From assembly GCF_902713615.1 (NCBI RefSeq), contig NW_024055728.1, positions 4,057,978 to 4,121,977 on the forward strand: a DNA stretch of 64,000 bases. The letters are read 5' to 3'. How positions within the stretch are numbered: position 1 is the first letter of the stretch; each line of letters opens with the position of its first letter. Position numbers and translations under genes: made by a program. The notes under the pieces were generated by a model that was given only the letters and a program-made list of their open reading frames with translations, made no database searches and was not told where the DNA came from. The DNA is from Scyliorhinus canicula (lineage: Eukaryota). Positions 62,924 through 64,000 of the stretch are shown in pieces.

Positions 62924-62939
62924 CTTCTCGCCACAACAT
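62924..62939 (-). CDS. Tentative first coding exon MLWRE(V) of the Ig receptor
   Basis: ATG TTG TGG CGA GAA G|gtgagt is phase 1 and in frame with the 33-nt mini-exon; weak Kozak context and poorly hydrophobic; could instead be CR1 5'UTR. Confidence 0.25.
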
Positions 62940-63044
62940 TTAATAATTCTGCGCGACTTTTTCTGTGAATGGGGTTGGGGGTTGTTCATGACTGCAAAGG
63001 TTTGCAGCCTCCACACTAAAACCCGGAGGATCCTCAGACCCAGA

Positions 63045-63130
63045 TTAATGTGACACACGTCATTGGAGCAGTCTGGCAATTAGCTCATCTGTACTTCCAG
63101 TGACGTTGGGCGCTGCTCTGGTTGGTTCGC
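63045..63130 (-). promoter_or_regulatory. Possible promoter (CCAAT box adjoining CRE/ATF-like TGACGT sites)
   Basis: Reverse strand CCAATGACGTG at about 63056-63066 and TGACGT at 63101; motif presence only. Confidence 0.25.
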
Positions 63131-63199
63131 AGCATAAGGCTCCGAGATGGACGAATGGATGAAAGAAGCAACAAGATAGGGGGCTCTGCACTTCGAAAC

Positions 63200-64000
63200 A
63201 CAGAAACAGTAGCAGGAGGAAGCCATTTGATCCTTCGAATCTTTTCCAACTTCGATTATGATCATGGCAGATCATCCAATTCAATAGCCCAATGCTGCTT
63301 TCACCCAGTAGAAACAGAGGGGTATCATCGAGACGTAGGCCCCTGTTGTGCAGAAGGCCATTCGGCCTACGGACTCTGCACCGACGTTCTGAAGGAACGC
63401 CAACAAAGGCCCACTCCCCGAACCCTGTCCCCACAGCCTCAGCTAATCTTTGGACTATGACGGATAATTTAAAATGACAAATCCAGCTAATTTACATTTC
63501 TATGGACACTAAGGGGCAATTTGGTGTGGCCGATGTACCTAAACAGGCATGGATTAGGCAGCTAACATGCTTAGATTTTCACCGAATCATAGAAGAATAC
63601 AATGCAAAAGATGTATTTTGGTACAAAGGACGTGCATCAACACATGTAAAACACGTGACCTGCCTATCTAATCCCTTTGCGAATACTTCGCAAATAACAT
63701 TTAATGTTACGAGATGCCAAGTGCTCATCCAGGTACTTTATGAAGGCAACGCGCCTCGATCACCGACCCAGGAATTAAATTCCAGTCCATGACCGCCCTC
63801 TGGGTAAGAAGGTTTTGCTCAAATCTCCCCAAAATCGTCTGACCCTCAGCGTGAACCTGTGTCACCAAGTGACTGACCCTTCAAGTAAGGGGTATAGCTT
63901 CTCCCTATCTACCCCGTCCATCTCCATCATAATCTTGGATACCATAACTAGGTTACCTCTCAGTATTTTCTGCTCAAGTGAAAATCCTCAAAGGCTCTCT
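63200..64000 (-). mobile_element. Old CR1 3' ends and a degenerate SINE
   Basis: agcaggaggaagccatt..., SINE body 63330-63540, CR1 3' part 63590-64000. Confidence 0.6.

Overview
Repeat-rich vertebrate genomic DNA, almost certainly from a cartilaginous fish (HE1-type tRNA-derived SINEs sharing their (TTCTATG)n tail with HER1/CR1 LINEs; a catshark-like genome is my guess). Most of the window is transposon-derived: many CR1 LINE copies (one near full length, 58.2-62.8 kb), SINEs, L1, Rex/Babar, Penelope and Gypsy fossils, solo LTRs, a decayed class I (gamma/epsilon-like) endogenous retrovirus at 30.8-36.0 kb, and a FLYWCH-bearing Mutator (Phantom-like) DNA transposon remnant at 30.1-30.8 kb. Two host genes converge. 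On the + strand is the large coding exon of a GPR139/GPR142-like orphan GPCR (16020-16921; exon 1 not found). On the - strand is a multi-exon type I membrane protein assembled by hand from phase-1 exons: a 33-nt leader mini-exon, two Ig exons, an optional 24-nt stalk exon and a TM exon. Its Ig motifs, exon layout and R-x16-E transmembrane signature match activating leukocyte receptor complex (LRC) receptors such as GPVI, FcalphaRI, OSCAR and LILRA, and it is the most interesting object here. Repeat boundaries are by eye and approximate.
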